Shown one piece after another: positions 28,161 to 37,045 of a DNA stretch of 64,000 bases (positions are counted from its first letter, which is position 1; every line of letters starts with the position of its first letter). This DNA comes from Candidatus Eiseniibacteriota bacterium (GTDB taxonomy: Bacteria > Eisenbacteria > RBG-16-71-46 > CAIMUX01 > VGJL01), in assembly GCA_041946735.1 (NCBI GenBank), contig JBHGAY010000014.1, positions 66,733 through 130,732 on the forward strand, in the 5' to 3' direction. The notes under the pieces were generated by a model, which had not been told where the DNA came from, did no database searches, and saw nothing but the letters and a program-made list of their open reading frames with translations. The translations under genes were made by a program, and so were the position numbers.

Positions 28161-31010
28161 ATGCGACCGCAAAGCCGCCGCCAGGCCGCCGTCCGCTCTT
28201 CGACTCCCGCCCACCGCACGACCGCCGCGCACCGCATGACTCCCGCCCACCGCATGACCCTCGCCCGTCGCCAGACCGCCTCTCGCTCGACCGCATGGCT
28301 GTGGATCGCTTCCCTCTGGATCGCGATGGTCCTTCCCTCCGTACTCGTATGCGGCGCCGCGACTGCGCAGGAGCCGGCGGGCCGGATGCTCGTCCGGATT
28401 GGAGGGCCGGGCGACTGGAGCCCCGCGGTGGTGCCCCCGACGCTGGAGGTCCTCGGCTTCGAACGGAACGAGTCCCGGTCGATCGGGCTCGTCGAGAAGG
28501 CGGCCGGAAGCTTCGCGATCGAGATGCTTCCGCCCGGCCTCTACACCCTGCGGTTGCTCGGCGCCGGTTCCGATTCCGTCCGCGTGCGCGCCGCGATCCA
28601 TCCAGGGACGACCACCGTAGTTCGCGTCGACCCCGCGCGCGGAAGCCTGACCGTCGAGCCGTTCCATCCCGATCCGTTCGGCCTCGACGACTCCTGGGAT
28701 TCCGCCTGGCTCGATGCGCTGCCCTACGAGGGCGAGATGGCGGCGATGCGCGCCACGACCGATCCCTCGATCCCCCGCCGGGCCACGCTCGACGGCTCTC
28801 CGCTCGGTGATCTCGGTTTCCGCTCGCCGCACAGGATCGAGGACCGCGCGATCGCCTCCGCCGTGCGGATCCCGGTCGGGCCGGCGCCGGCGTCCCTCGG
28901 GGGCGCGACGCGGTCGATCCTCTCGAGCGCGGCTCCCGTCTCGGGCAGCGCCGAGGCCGCGACCGGCACCGGCGGGCAGAGCTTCCTCGATGCCGCGGGG
29001 TCGTACCGCTTCGACCATCTCGCGTGGAAGCCCTCCCTGATGGCGGCGCTCCGCGCGCGTAACGAGCTCGACGCGGCGCCATCGCCGTTCGAGAACGACA
29101 GGCTGCCGCACAACGGACTCGACGGGATCGAGCTCCTCGTCGAGGCATCGGCCCAGCCTCGGGCGGCGACGCGCCTGGAAGCGTTCGGGTACGCGAACGG
29201 TACGAGCCGCGACTTCTTCCTCGAGTCGTACCGCCGGGATCCCACCCACTCGCCGAGCGAGGATCGGGCCGTTGCGCGCGGCGAGCTCCGGATCGAGCAG
29301 GGCGTCGGCTCTCCCCACCGCCTGCTCGCCTCGATCGGCGTCTCGCGGAGCTTCGCCGAGACGGGCGACGGCGTGTACCAGGACCACATCGAGTCGTACG
29401 CCCGCCCACCCGACGAGAACGCCCATGTCGAGGAGGATGGCCTGTACTGGACCGGGGATGATCGCGGCACCGCAGGCGACGAGGGGCACGTGTACGACTA
29501 CTTCCGCCGGATGCTGCAGCTCGATCTCGATGCGAGGCTGGAAGCGTGGCGGGCTCCGGGGACCGCGCGCGCCCGCGCGATCGGCCTCTTCGCCCGCACC
29601 GGTACCTACCGCAGCTACGAGCACCTCGACCCGATCGCGATCCTCGGCGAGGACGGGGGGCAGGCGATCGGCTACAGCGCGTTCGGGAGGACGCATTCCG
29701 GCGCGGAAGGGCACGAGCCGGGCCATCCGCTCCTCGCCGGCGGATTCGCGACGGCGCGCCGTCCGATCCTGGGCGGCGAGATCGAGGCGGGACTGCGCGG
29801 CACGCTCTACCGCTCCGGGCAGGAGCCACTCCGTCACCTCGACGATCCGCTCGGCAGCGACGAGGCTCTCGACGATCGCGACCTCGGGGAGCGGAAGTCC
29901 CACCTCCGCGTCGATCCTCGGATCGCGTTCGCCCGTCCCCTGGGAGGGAGCTGGACGCTCTGGCTCTCGGGAGGGACGGAGACTCGCGTCCCTCCGTCCG
30001 AAGCGATCTACTACAGCCGCGCGTACGTCGAGCGGAACGCCTACGCCCCCTCGGATCGAGGGATGCAGGATCCGATCGGCAATCCGGCTCTCGAGCCGGA
30101 GCGGGCGCTTCTCGGCGCCGCGGCGATCGGAGCGATGGCGGGGAGCACACTCTGGATTCGAGCCGGCGTGCAAGGCGAGCGGATCGACGACGCGATCACC
30201 GCTCGGAGCTTCCCGATCGCGACGTCCGGCGATCTCGACTCGCTCGTCTTCTATGTCAACGACGGCGCGCGGGAGAGGATCGGCCTCGCCGTTCGGGCGG
30301 GATGGGAGCCGCTCCGCGATCTCCGACTGCGCGCCTCCTACGACCTCTCGCGCAGCCGGACCGAGACGTTCGAGCCGCTCTTCGCGACGGACGACGTGGC
30401 CTGGTACGGCGAGGATCTGCCGATGACCGCTCCGCGCGATCGCGAGGGCATCCGGCCCGCTTGGCCGTCCGTCCAGCAGGCACCTGCGGACGGATTCTTC
30501 CCCTCGCGCTTCGACCGGCGCCATCGCCTTTCCCTCGCCGCCAGCGCCCGCCTTCCGGAGAGCTGGGCGGGCGAGCTGCGCAACGTCGAGTTCTGGGCGC
30601 TCGCCCGGGCTGCGTCGGGAGCGCGCTTCTCGTGGACGCAGGTCTATCCGGCCGGGATGGCGGCGATGCCCGAGCGACGTCCCTACATCGGCCAGGAGTG
30701 GAACGCCGGCGAGATGCCGTGGGTCGGGCAACTCGACCTCGGCGCGGCCTGGTCGCTCCACCTCTTCGGCGTCACCGCGCAGGCGTGGTTCGAGGTGATC
30801 AACGTGACCGACCGCCGGAACGTCGTGCGCGTCTACGAAGCGACCGGCGAAGGAGACGACGACGCCTGGCTTGGGACCTCAGCCGGACAGGAGTGGGCCG
30901 CGGCGGCGGGACCGGGCGCCTCGCAGGCCTATCGGGACCGTCTCGAAGATCCGACGAACTACGGCGACCCGCGCCTGTTCCGCGTCGGCCTGCGGGTGGG
31001 AAGCTTCTAG
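28161..31010 (+). CDS. TonB-dependent receptor-like outer-membrane beta-barrel
   Basis: Signal-like segment; N-terminal LPPGLYTL domain; DPRIAF, GNPALEPER, FDRRHRL, INVTDRRN; C-terminal PRLFRVGLRVGSF beta-signal; start uncertain. Confidence 0.8.
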   Translation: MRPQSRRQAAVRSSTPAHRTTAAHRMTPAHRMTLARRQTASRSTAWLWIASLWIAMVLPSVLVCGAATAQEPAGRMLVRIGGPGDWSPAVVPPTLEVLGFERNESRSIGLVEKAAGSFAIEMLPPGLYTLRLLGAGSDSVRVRAAIHPGTTTVVRVDPARGSLTVEPFHPDPFGLDDSWDSAWLDALPYEGEMAAMRATTDPSIPRRATLDGSPLGDLGFRSPHRIEDRAIASAVRIPVGPAPASLGGATRSILSSAAPVSGSAEAATGTGGQSFLDAAGSYRFDHLAWKPSLMAALRARNELDAAPSPFENDRLPHNGLDGIELLVEASAQPRAATRLEAFGYANGTSRDFFLESYRRDPTHSPSEDRAVARGELRIEQGVGSPHRLLASIGVSRSFAETGDGVYQDHIESYARPPDENAHVEEDGLYWTGDDRGTAGDEGHVYDYFRRMLQLDLDARLEAWRAPGTARARAIGLFARTGTYRSYEHLDPIAILGEDGGQAIGYSAFGRTHSGAEGHEPGHPLLAGGFATARRPILGGEIEAGLRGTLYRSGQEPLRHLDDPLGSDEALDDRDLGERKSHLRVDPRIAFARPLGGSWTLWLSGGTETRVPPSEAIYYSRAYVERNAYAPSDRGMQDPIGNPALEPERALLGAAAIGAMAGSTLWIRAGVQGERIDDAITARSFPIATSGDLDSLVFYVNDGARERIGLAVRAGWEPLRDLRLRASYDLSRSRTETFEPLFATDDVAWYGEDLPMTAPRDREGIRPAWPSVQQAPADGFFPSRFDRRHRLSLAASARLPESWAGELRNVEFWALARAASGARFSWTQVYPAGMAAMPERRPYIGQEWNAGEMPWVGQLDLGAAWSLHLFGVTAQAWFEVINVTDRRNVVRVYEATGEGDDDAWLGTSAGQEWAAAAGPGASQAYRDRLEDPTNYGDPRLFRVGLRVGSF

Positions 31011-31167
31011 CGGGCTCGGCCGGGACCGAGCAGCGCGGGTGCAGATCGGGACCGACAAGCGGGAGCGAGAAGCGCGGTCGCAGACTCGATCTGCGACCGC
31101 GCTCTGTGGGTCACCGGTTCCGGGATTGGAGCTTGCTGGAACCGGCGACGGCCACTTCCTTGCTGCC

Positions 31168-34100
31168 TCAGCGCCGGGCGCGCAGCAGGATCATCTTCTC
31201 CGTCCGCGTCTGGCCGTCCGCCCGGATCGTACAGAAGTAGATCCCGGAAGGCTGGACGCTCCCCTGATCGTCGCGACCGTCCCACACGACGGCATGCTCG
31301 CCCACCGTCCGCGCAGGCTCGCTCCAGCGGCGCACCAGCCGCCCGCCCGCGTCGTAGATCGCCAACGTGACCGGTCCGGCGGTTGCGAGGCGGTACCGGA
31401 TCGTCGCGCTCGCGCCGAACGGGTTGGGCTGGACCGGCAGGAGATCCGTCGTGAACGCAGTCGCGGGCACTGGCTCCTCGATCGACGAAGGGGCCGACGC
31501 GTACTTCTGCTGCGCCGCTTGCGCGTTCGCGATCAGATCGGCCTCGTTCGCACCTCCGATCACGGCGAAGCTCACGCGTCGCATCGCGCCCGGCTCGAGG
31601 ACGATCGGGCCGACCGAAACGACGGCGCTCCAGTCGTTCGTCTCCCAGGTCTGCGAGACCGAGTGGTCACCGTCCGCGGCGGCGAGGAAGAAGAAGCGGT
31701 CGAGGTCGAGGATCGACGCCTGCGGCCAGACGAAGGTCGGATTGTGGATCAGGGCCAGGTTGGCCGGCGATTCCCCGAGCAGCGCGACTCCGGCGTACGG
31801 GGACGAGGCATCCTTGTACATGTACGCCATGTTGGTGGCGGCGTTCGCGCGACCTTGGTTCATCGCGTCGCCGATGTCCCAGTCCATGAACTGCCCGACG
31901 TAGAGGTTCTCGATTCTCTCGTCGCTCGTGTTTCGCAGGTTGTAGTCGATCATCACGAAGTCGTTATTGGGGGGATCGGGCCAGGACCGCGTCTGCTGCC
32001 AAACCTCGAGCCCGGCGGCGCCGTAGTGCCCCGCGTCGTCGCATCCCGCGATGAGCGAGGCCGGGTCGTTCCCCGCTCCGTAGCTCTTCAGGAAGCGCCA
32101 GTCCTGATACGCGTCGTCCGCGTAGTCGTTGTTGAGCGCGTAGTACGGACCGGTCGCCGCCCAGAGGCTGCCGACGAAGAGACAGTTCGCGCCGCCGGGT
32201 CCGAAGCGGAAGCCGCTCCCCTGCTGGGGATCGGCGTTCAGGAACCCGCAGGTCCCCTGATCCGTGACGGTGAGGACGACGTTGTTGGGCGGATTGTCCC
32301 GGTAGTGCGCCACCTGAGGGACGGTGAACGCCTGCTGTGCCGGGCCGCTCTCCTGCTCCCCCACGCAGGCGTACACGGCGTACAGGTGCGTGCCGGACCC
32401 GGCGCCTCGCAGCTCGTACTGCATGGACTCTCCCGGCTCTCCCAGCACCTCGGCCATCATCTGCCCATCCTGCGAAAGACAGACGTGATCCAGGTAGGTC
32501 AGCTCGACGCCGTTCGTGTTGTGCGTCGGGTTCGTCCAGGAGATGCGGACGTCCGGCTCGAGATAGTCGACGGCAAGCGCGGACGGGGGCAGCGGCGCGA
32601 ACTCATCGCCGTGCGCCACAGGCTCGAAGTCGATCTGCATGCCGGGGACGATCGGCGTCTCCTCACGCTCGCCTTCCTCCGCGTGGCCCCCCGCCTGCGC
32701 TTCCGCACCGGACTGGAAGCGCGACAACTTCATCGGATCGTTCGAGGAGGGCGCGCGAACCGAAGCGAGCGCCGGACCGGGCGCCGGGCCAAGCGGCGGC
32801 CATACGCCGTCGTTCCAGATCTCGACGCCGCATTGTTCGGTCCCATTCTCGATGCCGACCGTGTGGAACGTCTGTTGCGGATCGTGCTGCAAGTACTGGA
32901 ATCGGATTCGCCCCTCCCCCGTCGCCGTCGGATACCGGACGGGATCGTAGAGGACCATCTCGAAGGTCTCGCGCTCCGGCCGGTTCCAGCGCTGGACGTT
33001 TCGGTACTCGACGACGAAGCGTCCATCCCCTGTGTCGGTCGTGTAGATCCCGCTGTCCCCCATCAGCTCGGACGGATCGAGATCGGTCCACATGGGGGCG
33101 ATCATCGCCGGAGGCCCTTCGGGTGAGGGGATCGGGAACCAGGCGTACCAGGGGTCCGTCTCCCCCGACCCCATCGACATCCATCCATTGGAAGAGAGGC
33201 CGGCGCGATCGAACCAGTGGCAGAAGTACTTGAACGGGAACGGAAGGCCGAGATCCAGCATCTGCTCGTCCTGCTGCATCGGCATCCGGAAGGTTCCCGC
33301 GATCCACTCCGTCATTCCGCCGATCTGCGGCTCGTAGAGGTCGCAGTCTGCCGCGAGAGGAGGATTCAGAACGTAGAAGATCGTGTACTCGCCGAAGTTC
33401 ACCGGCGAGTCGATCTGGCTGTAACCGATCCGGAAGAACCCTTCCTCCCCCCAGTCGGTCCCCCAGCTGTTCTTGCAGAGGAAGCACTCCTCGTCGTCGT
33501 CCCACCCGAAGCAGAGGATGGCGTGGCCGCCCTCCACGTCGCCGGTCGCGTATTCGTAGACTCCGCCGTCGTACGCCGGGAAGTCGGACATGACCGTCAT
33601 CGTCGTCCAGACGGGACCTTCGTAGATCGCGCTCTTCATCGAGTCGATCGCCCCGCCTGCCCCGTCGGTGTGGTAGCGACTGCTCCGTATCCACTTCCAG
33701 TCGTCGATCGCGCGATTGCGCAGCGACCATGTGTTGCATGCGTTCGCGCAAGGCGGAGCGATGTGGTCCTTACCCGATGTGTATAGGAAGCAGGCCTCGT
33801 CGGGCGCGCCGTAATGGACGCCGGAGAGCTTCTTCATGAATCTGGCGGTCGTCCTCGGCCAGCCTCCAAAGCAGCCCAGGCAGCCGCTGTTGCACGAGAC
33901 GACGAACTGCTCGGAGAGATTCGGAGCCCAGCAAGGGTTGTATCCCTGGATCATGAGCAGCGACTCGAGCACGCCGACGGCGGCAAAGGCCCAGCAGCTC
34001 CCGCACCATCCCTGGTTCTTGACGGGGCTGACGTAGTTCTTGCCGCCGACGTCGCGCCAGTCGAAGGAAGCGGGAAGGTTCTGCGTGATCCAGCCTTGGT

Positions 34101-34503
34101 CCGTGTAGGTCGAATCGCGGGGAAGCTTCGCTCCCAGCATCGCCCGAATCTTCGACCACGGGAGATTCCAGATGTCGTTCTCCGCCGCCTGCCAGGCTTT
34201 CCCCTGATCGGCGATCGCATCCTGGATTTCGTCGAGCGTCGGAGGCACCCACAGGAAGCACTGATCGCAGCTCACTCCGGGGCCGATCCATCGGCCGCCG
34301 TAGTTCGAGCAGTCCTCGCGAGTCAGCATCATGCAGTCGCCGTTTTCAAGGCAGCAGGTGCCGAAGACCGGGTTCAGGCCGTCGTCAGCCTTGGCGAGGT
34401 CGGGTAGCAGGATGGTGAGAAAGAGCAACGAGCAGAGCAGGGAAGCGAGGGAAACCGCCAGCGTTTCCGCCGCGGATCGGGAGTCCAGCGCGCCGGAACG
34501 CAT
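31168..34503 (-). CDS. Secreted multidomain papain-family (C1A) cysteine protease with FlgD-Ig/T9SS-like CTD
   Basis: LPASFDWR, VKNQGWCGSCWAF, LSEQ, GGHAI, KNSWGTDWGEEGFFRI; C-terminal PNPF..YDAGGRLV..WDGRD..PSGIYF. Confidence 0.93.
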   Translation of the reverse strand: MRSGALDSRSAAETLAVSLASLLCSLLFLTILLPDLAKADDGLNPVFGTCCLENGDCMMLTREDCSNYGGRWIGPGVSCDQCFLWVPPTLDEIQDAIADQGKAWQAAENDIWNLPWSKIRAMLGAKLPRDSTYTDQGWITQNLPASFDWRDVGGKNYVSPVKNQGWCGSCWAFAAVGVLESLLMIQGYNPCWAPNLSEQFVVSCNSGCLGCFGGWPRTTARFMKKLSGVHYGAPDEACFLYTSGKDHIAPPCANACNTWSLRNRAIDDWKWIRSSRYHTDGAGGAIDSMKSAIYEGPVWTTMTVMSDFPAYDGGVYEYATGDVEGGHAILCFGWDDDEECFLCKNSWGTDWGEEGFFRIGYSQIDSPVNFGEYTIFYVLNPPLAADCDLYEPQIGGMTEWIAGTFRMPMQQDEQMLDLGLPFPFKYFCHWFDRAGLSSNGWMSMGSGETDPWYAWFPIPSPEGPPAMIAPMWTDLDPSELMGDSGIYTTDTGDGRFVVEYRNVQRWNRPERETFEMVLYDPVRYPTATGEGRIRFQYLQHDPQQTFHTVGIENGTEQCGVEIWNDGVWPPLGPAPGPALASVRAPSSNDPMKLSRFQSGAEAQAGGHAEEGEREETPIVPGMQIDFEPVAHGDEFAPLPPSALAVDYLEPDVRISWTNPTHNTNGVELTYLDHVCLSQDGQMMAEVLGEPGESMQYELRGAGSGTHLYAVYACVGEQESGPAQQAFTVPQVAHYRDNPPNNVVLTVTDQGTCGFLNADPQQGSGFRFGPGGANCLFVGSLWAATGPYYALNNDYADDAYQDWRFLKSYGAGNDPASLIAGCDDAGHYGAAGLEVWQQTRSWPDPPNNDFVMIDYNLRNTSDERIENLYVGQFMDWDIGDAMNQGRANAATNMAYMYKDASSPYAGVALLGESPANLALIHNPTFVWPQASILDLDRFFFLAAADGDHSVSQTWETNDWSAVVSVGPIVLEPGAMRRVSFAVIGGANEADLIANAQAAQQKYASAPSSIEEPVPATAFTTDLLPVQPNPFGASATIRYRLATAGPVTLAIYDAGGRLVRRWSEPARTVGEHAVVWDGRDDQGSVQPSGIYFCTIRADGQTRTEKMILLRARR

Positions 34504-34749
34504 AGAAAACCTCCTCCTCGCCGGTCGAGGGCCGGCGATGCGCAGGAGACGCCACCCCTGGGCCTGACTCGCAGTCGGAATCGCGCGGTCTTCGGAACGA
34601 CGACCCACGGTCCGATGGCGGTCGGGTCCGTTACGGCCGTTCGCGGGATGTCCATCCCGCCTGCTGCGGGGAGCGATCGAGAGAGACTCAGGGCACGGTC
34701 GCCGTCACCGGAGCCGAAGTGAGGAGCGCATGGGAACTCGCACCAACGG

Positions 34750-34777
34750 AGTATACGCGTTGCGGAGCGGCTGTCAA
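34750..34777 (-). promoter_or_regulatory. Sigma70-type promoter for the C1A protease gene
   Basis: Minus strand TTGACA-N16-TATACT, overlapping the stop codon of the upstream gene. Confidence 0.55.
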
Positions 34778-35766
34778 CGTCTCGCCAGGAGCCAGTGCAC
34801 AATGTTCAAGGCGAGTTGCCGGTTGTCGTTTCCGGGCGCGTTCATTCCGAACGGGGCGCCCTTGTAGACCTGAGCGGTGAGCGCCGCCGCTTCGCCGAGC
34901 ACGACGACCCTTCCCCGTCCCCGCTCGAGAGCGACCGCCTGAGCCGCTCCGGCCGGCAGCTCGCGAAAGCCGCTATCCGCCGGAACGTATTCGACCGCCG
35001 AGGCGGGGAGCCGCAGCAGGATCGAGGCCGAGTCGGGGGCATCGAGCGACTGGCCCGTGAAGGTCATCGCGCGAGTTACCGCGGTGCCGGGAAGATCTCC
35101 GGCCAGAATTGCGTGGTCACCGAGGCGGCCGTTCTCGGCAGAGAAGAGGAGGGGGTCGGAGGATTCGCCGGGGACTTCCACGTATCCGCCGCGCATCTCC
35201 ACGCCGAAGGCGGAGGCGAGGCCGGCGGAGGCGGCACCCATCGGCGCGTGGTCGGCAATCAGCAGGAGCGAGCCTCCCTGTTCGACCCACTCCCGTACCG
35301 CGCGGATCTCGGTCTCGGTGAACGCCGGGTCGCTCTCGGTTCGCCCGCCTTTCGCCCGGCTCCGCACCGGAAGGTTGATCCCGAAGAACTGAGGGTTGGG
35401 CGCCCCGCGCGCGTTGGCGACGACGAGCAGGTCGCAATCGCGCAGGATCGCGGGAGTGAAGGCGGAAGTCCCCCGGATCACCTTGCAGCCATCCGCGCGA
35501 AGGAGGCGGGCGAACGGCCAGTAGCGGCTCCCGATTCCCGCGGTTCCTCCGTTGTTGTGCGCCTGATCGAGGACGACGCGCGGATGCGTCGAGGCGAACC
35601 TCGGCCGCGCGATCCCCGGCTTCCATCCGTAGTCGGCTCTCTGCCCGCGAAGCGCTTCGCGCCCGGCGGCGATCAGGAAAAGCAGAAGGGCGGCCGCGAT
35701 CGATGCGAAGACGATCCGTCGGATCTTACCCCTCAGGATCTTGCCCCTCATGGTTCTGCTCGTCAT
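34774..35766 (-). CDS. Membrane-anchored GATase-like / DUF4350-like hypothetical protein
   Basis: N-terminal TM; VVLDQAHNN, FARLLRADG, EIRAVREWVEQGGSLLLIADHAP, GRGRVVVLGEAA, DNRQLALNIVHWL; start 35766 or 35751. Confidence 0.75.
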   Translation of the reverse strand: MTSRTMRGKILRGKIRRIVFASIAAALLLFLIAAGREALRGQRADYGWKPGIARPRFASTHPRVVLDQAHNNGGTAGIGSRYWPFARLLRADGCKVIRGTSAFTPAILRDCDLLVVANARGAPNPQFFGINLPVRSRAKGGRTESDPAFTETEIRAVREWVEQGGSLLLIADHAPMGAASAGLASAFGVEMRGGYVEVPGESSDPLLFSAENGRLGDHAILAGDLPGTAVTRAMTFTGQSLDAPDSASILLRLPASAVEYVPADSGFRELPAGAAQAVALERGRGRVVVLGEAAALTAQVYKGAPFGMNAPGNDNRQLALNIVHWLLARR

Positions 35767-35848
35767 GGTCCTGCTCCCATGGCCCTGCTCCCATGGCCCT
35801 GCTCCCATGGCCCTGCTCCCATGGTCCTGCTCCCCATGGTCTCGCTCA
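35749..35848. repeat. 14-bp tandem repeat (CATGGYCCTGCTCC) x5 with degenerate flanking copies
   Basis: Units at 35764, 35778, 35792, 35806, 35820; degenerate copies at 35749 and 35835. Confidence 0.95.
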
Positions 35849-36020
35849 CGCAATCGGGAATCGAAACCGTCCAGGCCCGGACACGGCCCGAGGGCCCGTG
35901 ATCGGAACGGTGGGCGGCGCGCTTCGCTTCATCCGAGATCCTGACGATCTTGTCAGGGATGCCGGCGACGCTCCATCGCTATGCTCCCCCTACGGCACAA
36001 CCGGCAAGGAGGCGTTCGCC

Positions 36021-36953
36021 ATGATCTATCGCACACTCGGGACGACGGGAGAGAATGTGTCGGCGATCGGTGTGGGCGGCTACCACCTCGGGCTCGATCC
36101 CGTCGACGAACCGCTCGCGATCCGCATCGTTCGTTCGGCGATCGATTCCGGGATCAACTTCCTGGACAACTGTTGGGACTACAACGGCGGGGCGAGCGAG
36201 ACCCGGATGGGAAAGGCGCTGCGCGACGGGTACCGGGAGAAGGCGTTCCTGATGACGAAGATCGATGGCCGGTCGAAGAAGGAGGCGGCCCGGCAACTCG
36301 ACGAGTCCCTGCGCCGCCTGCAGACCGATCGGATCGACCTCGTGCAGCACCACGAGATCCTGCGCTTCGAGGATCCGCACCGGATCTTCGACGAGGACGG
36401 AGCGAACGCCGCGCTGGTCGAGGCACGCGGCGCCGGAAAGATCCGCTTCATCGGCTTCACGGGACACAAGGACCCTCGCGTGCACCTCTACATGCTGGAG
36501 GTCGCGGAGCAGCACGGCTTCCGGTTCGACGCGGTGCAGATGCCCCTGAACGTCATGGACGCCCACTACCGGAGCTTCGAGCAGCTCGTCGTCCCCGAGC
36601 TTCTCCAGCGCGGCATCGCGATCCTCGGGATGAAGCCGATGTCGAGCGGCGCGATCCTGAAGTCGAACACGGTCAGCGCTCTCGAATGTCTCCACTACGC
36701 CTTGAGTCTTCCCACGTCGGTCGTCATCACCGGGATCGACGGCATGGAGATCCTCGAGCAGGCGCTGGCGGCGGCGCAGTCCTTCCGCCCGCTGAGCGAC
36801 GAGGAGCGTGCGCGTCTTCTCGCGAGGACGGCCGAGGCGGCGGCGCGCGGCGTCTACGAGCCGTTCAAGACGACATCGATCTTCGACGGGACGGCGAAGA
36901 ACCCGGCCTGGCTTGGCGAGGAGCCCGACTGGGTGAAGCAGCTCGCCGGCTGA
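36021..36953 (+). CDS. Aldo/keto reductase
   Basis: YRTLGTTGENVSAIGVGG, GINFLDNCWDY, FLMTK, SLRRLQTDRIDL, GKIRFIGFTGH; AGGAGG RBS. Confidence 0.93.
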   Translation: MIYRTLGTTGENVSAIGVGGYHLGLDPVDEPLAIRIVRSAIDSGINFLDNCWDYNGGASETRMGKALRDGYREKAFLMTKIDGRSKKEAARQLDESLRRLQTDRIDLVQHHEILRFEDPHRIFDEDGANAALVEARGAGKIRFIGFTGHKDPRVHLYMLEVAEQHGFRFDAVQMPLNVMDAHYRSFEQLVVPELLQRGIAILGMKPMSSGAILKSNTVSALECLHYALSLPTSVVITGIDGMEILEQALAAAQSFRPLSDEERARLLARTAEAAARGVYEPFKTTSIFDGTAKNPAWLGEEPDWVKQLAG

Positions 36954-37045
36954 TCGTCGCCCGGCCGTCCGCCCTAAGTCGCCCGCCGCTCGCCCTCCGT
37001 CGCCCGGCAGTTCGCCCTCAGTCGCCCGCCGCCTCGAGCCGCACT

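Noticed and set aside
26542..30150. Very long antisense and alternate-frame ORFs (e.g. 1202 aa here, 1117 aa at 35979-39332, 917 aa at 7934-10687)
   Set aside because: Arg/Pro/Gly-rich with no motifs; expected from stop-codon scarcity in high-GC DNA opposite real genes.
35764..35848. 14-bp array (and the 18-bp array at 43797) as a CRISPR array
   Set aside because: Units are contiguous with no unique spacers, too short, and no cas genes are present.
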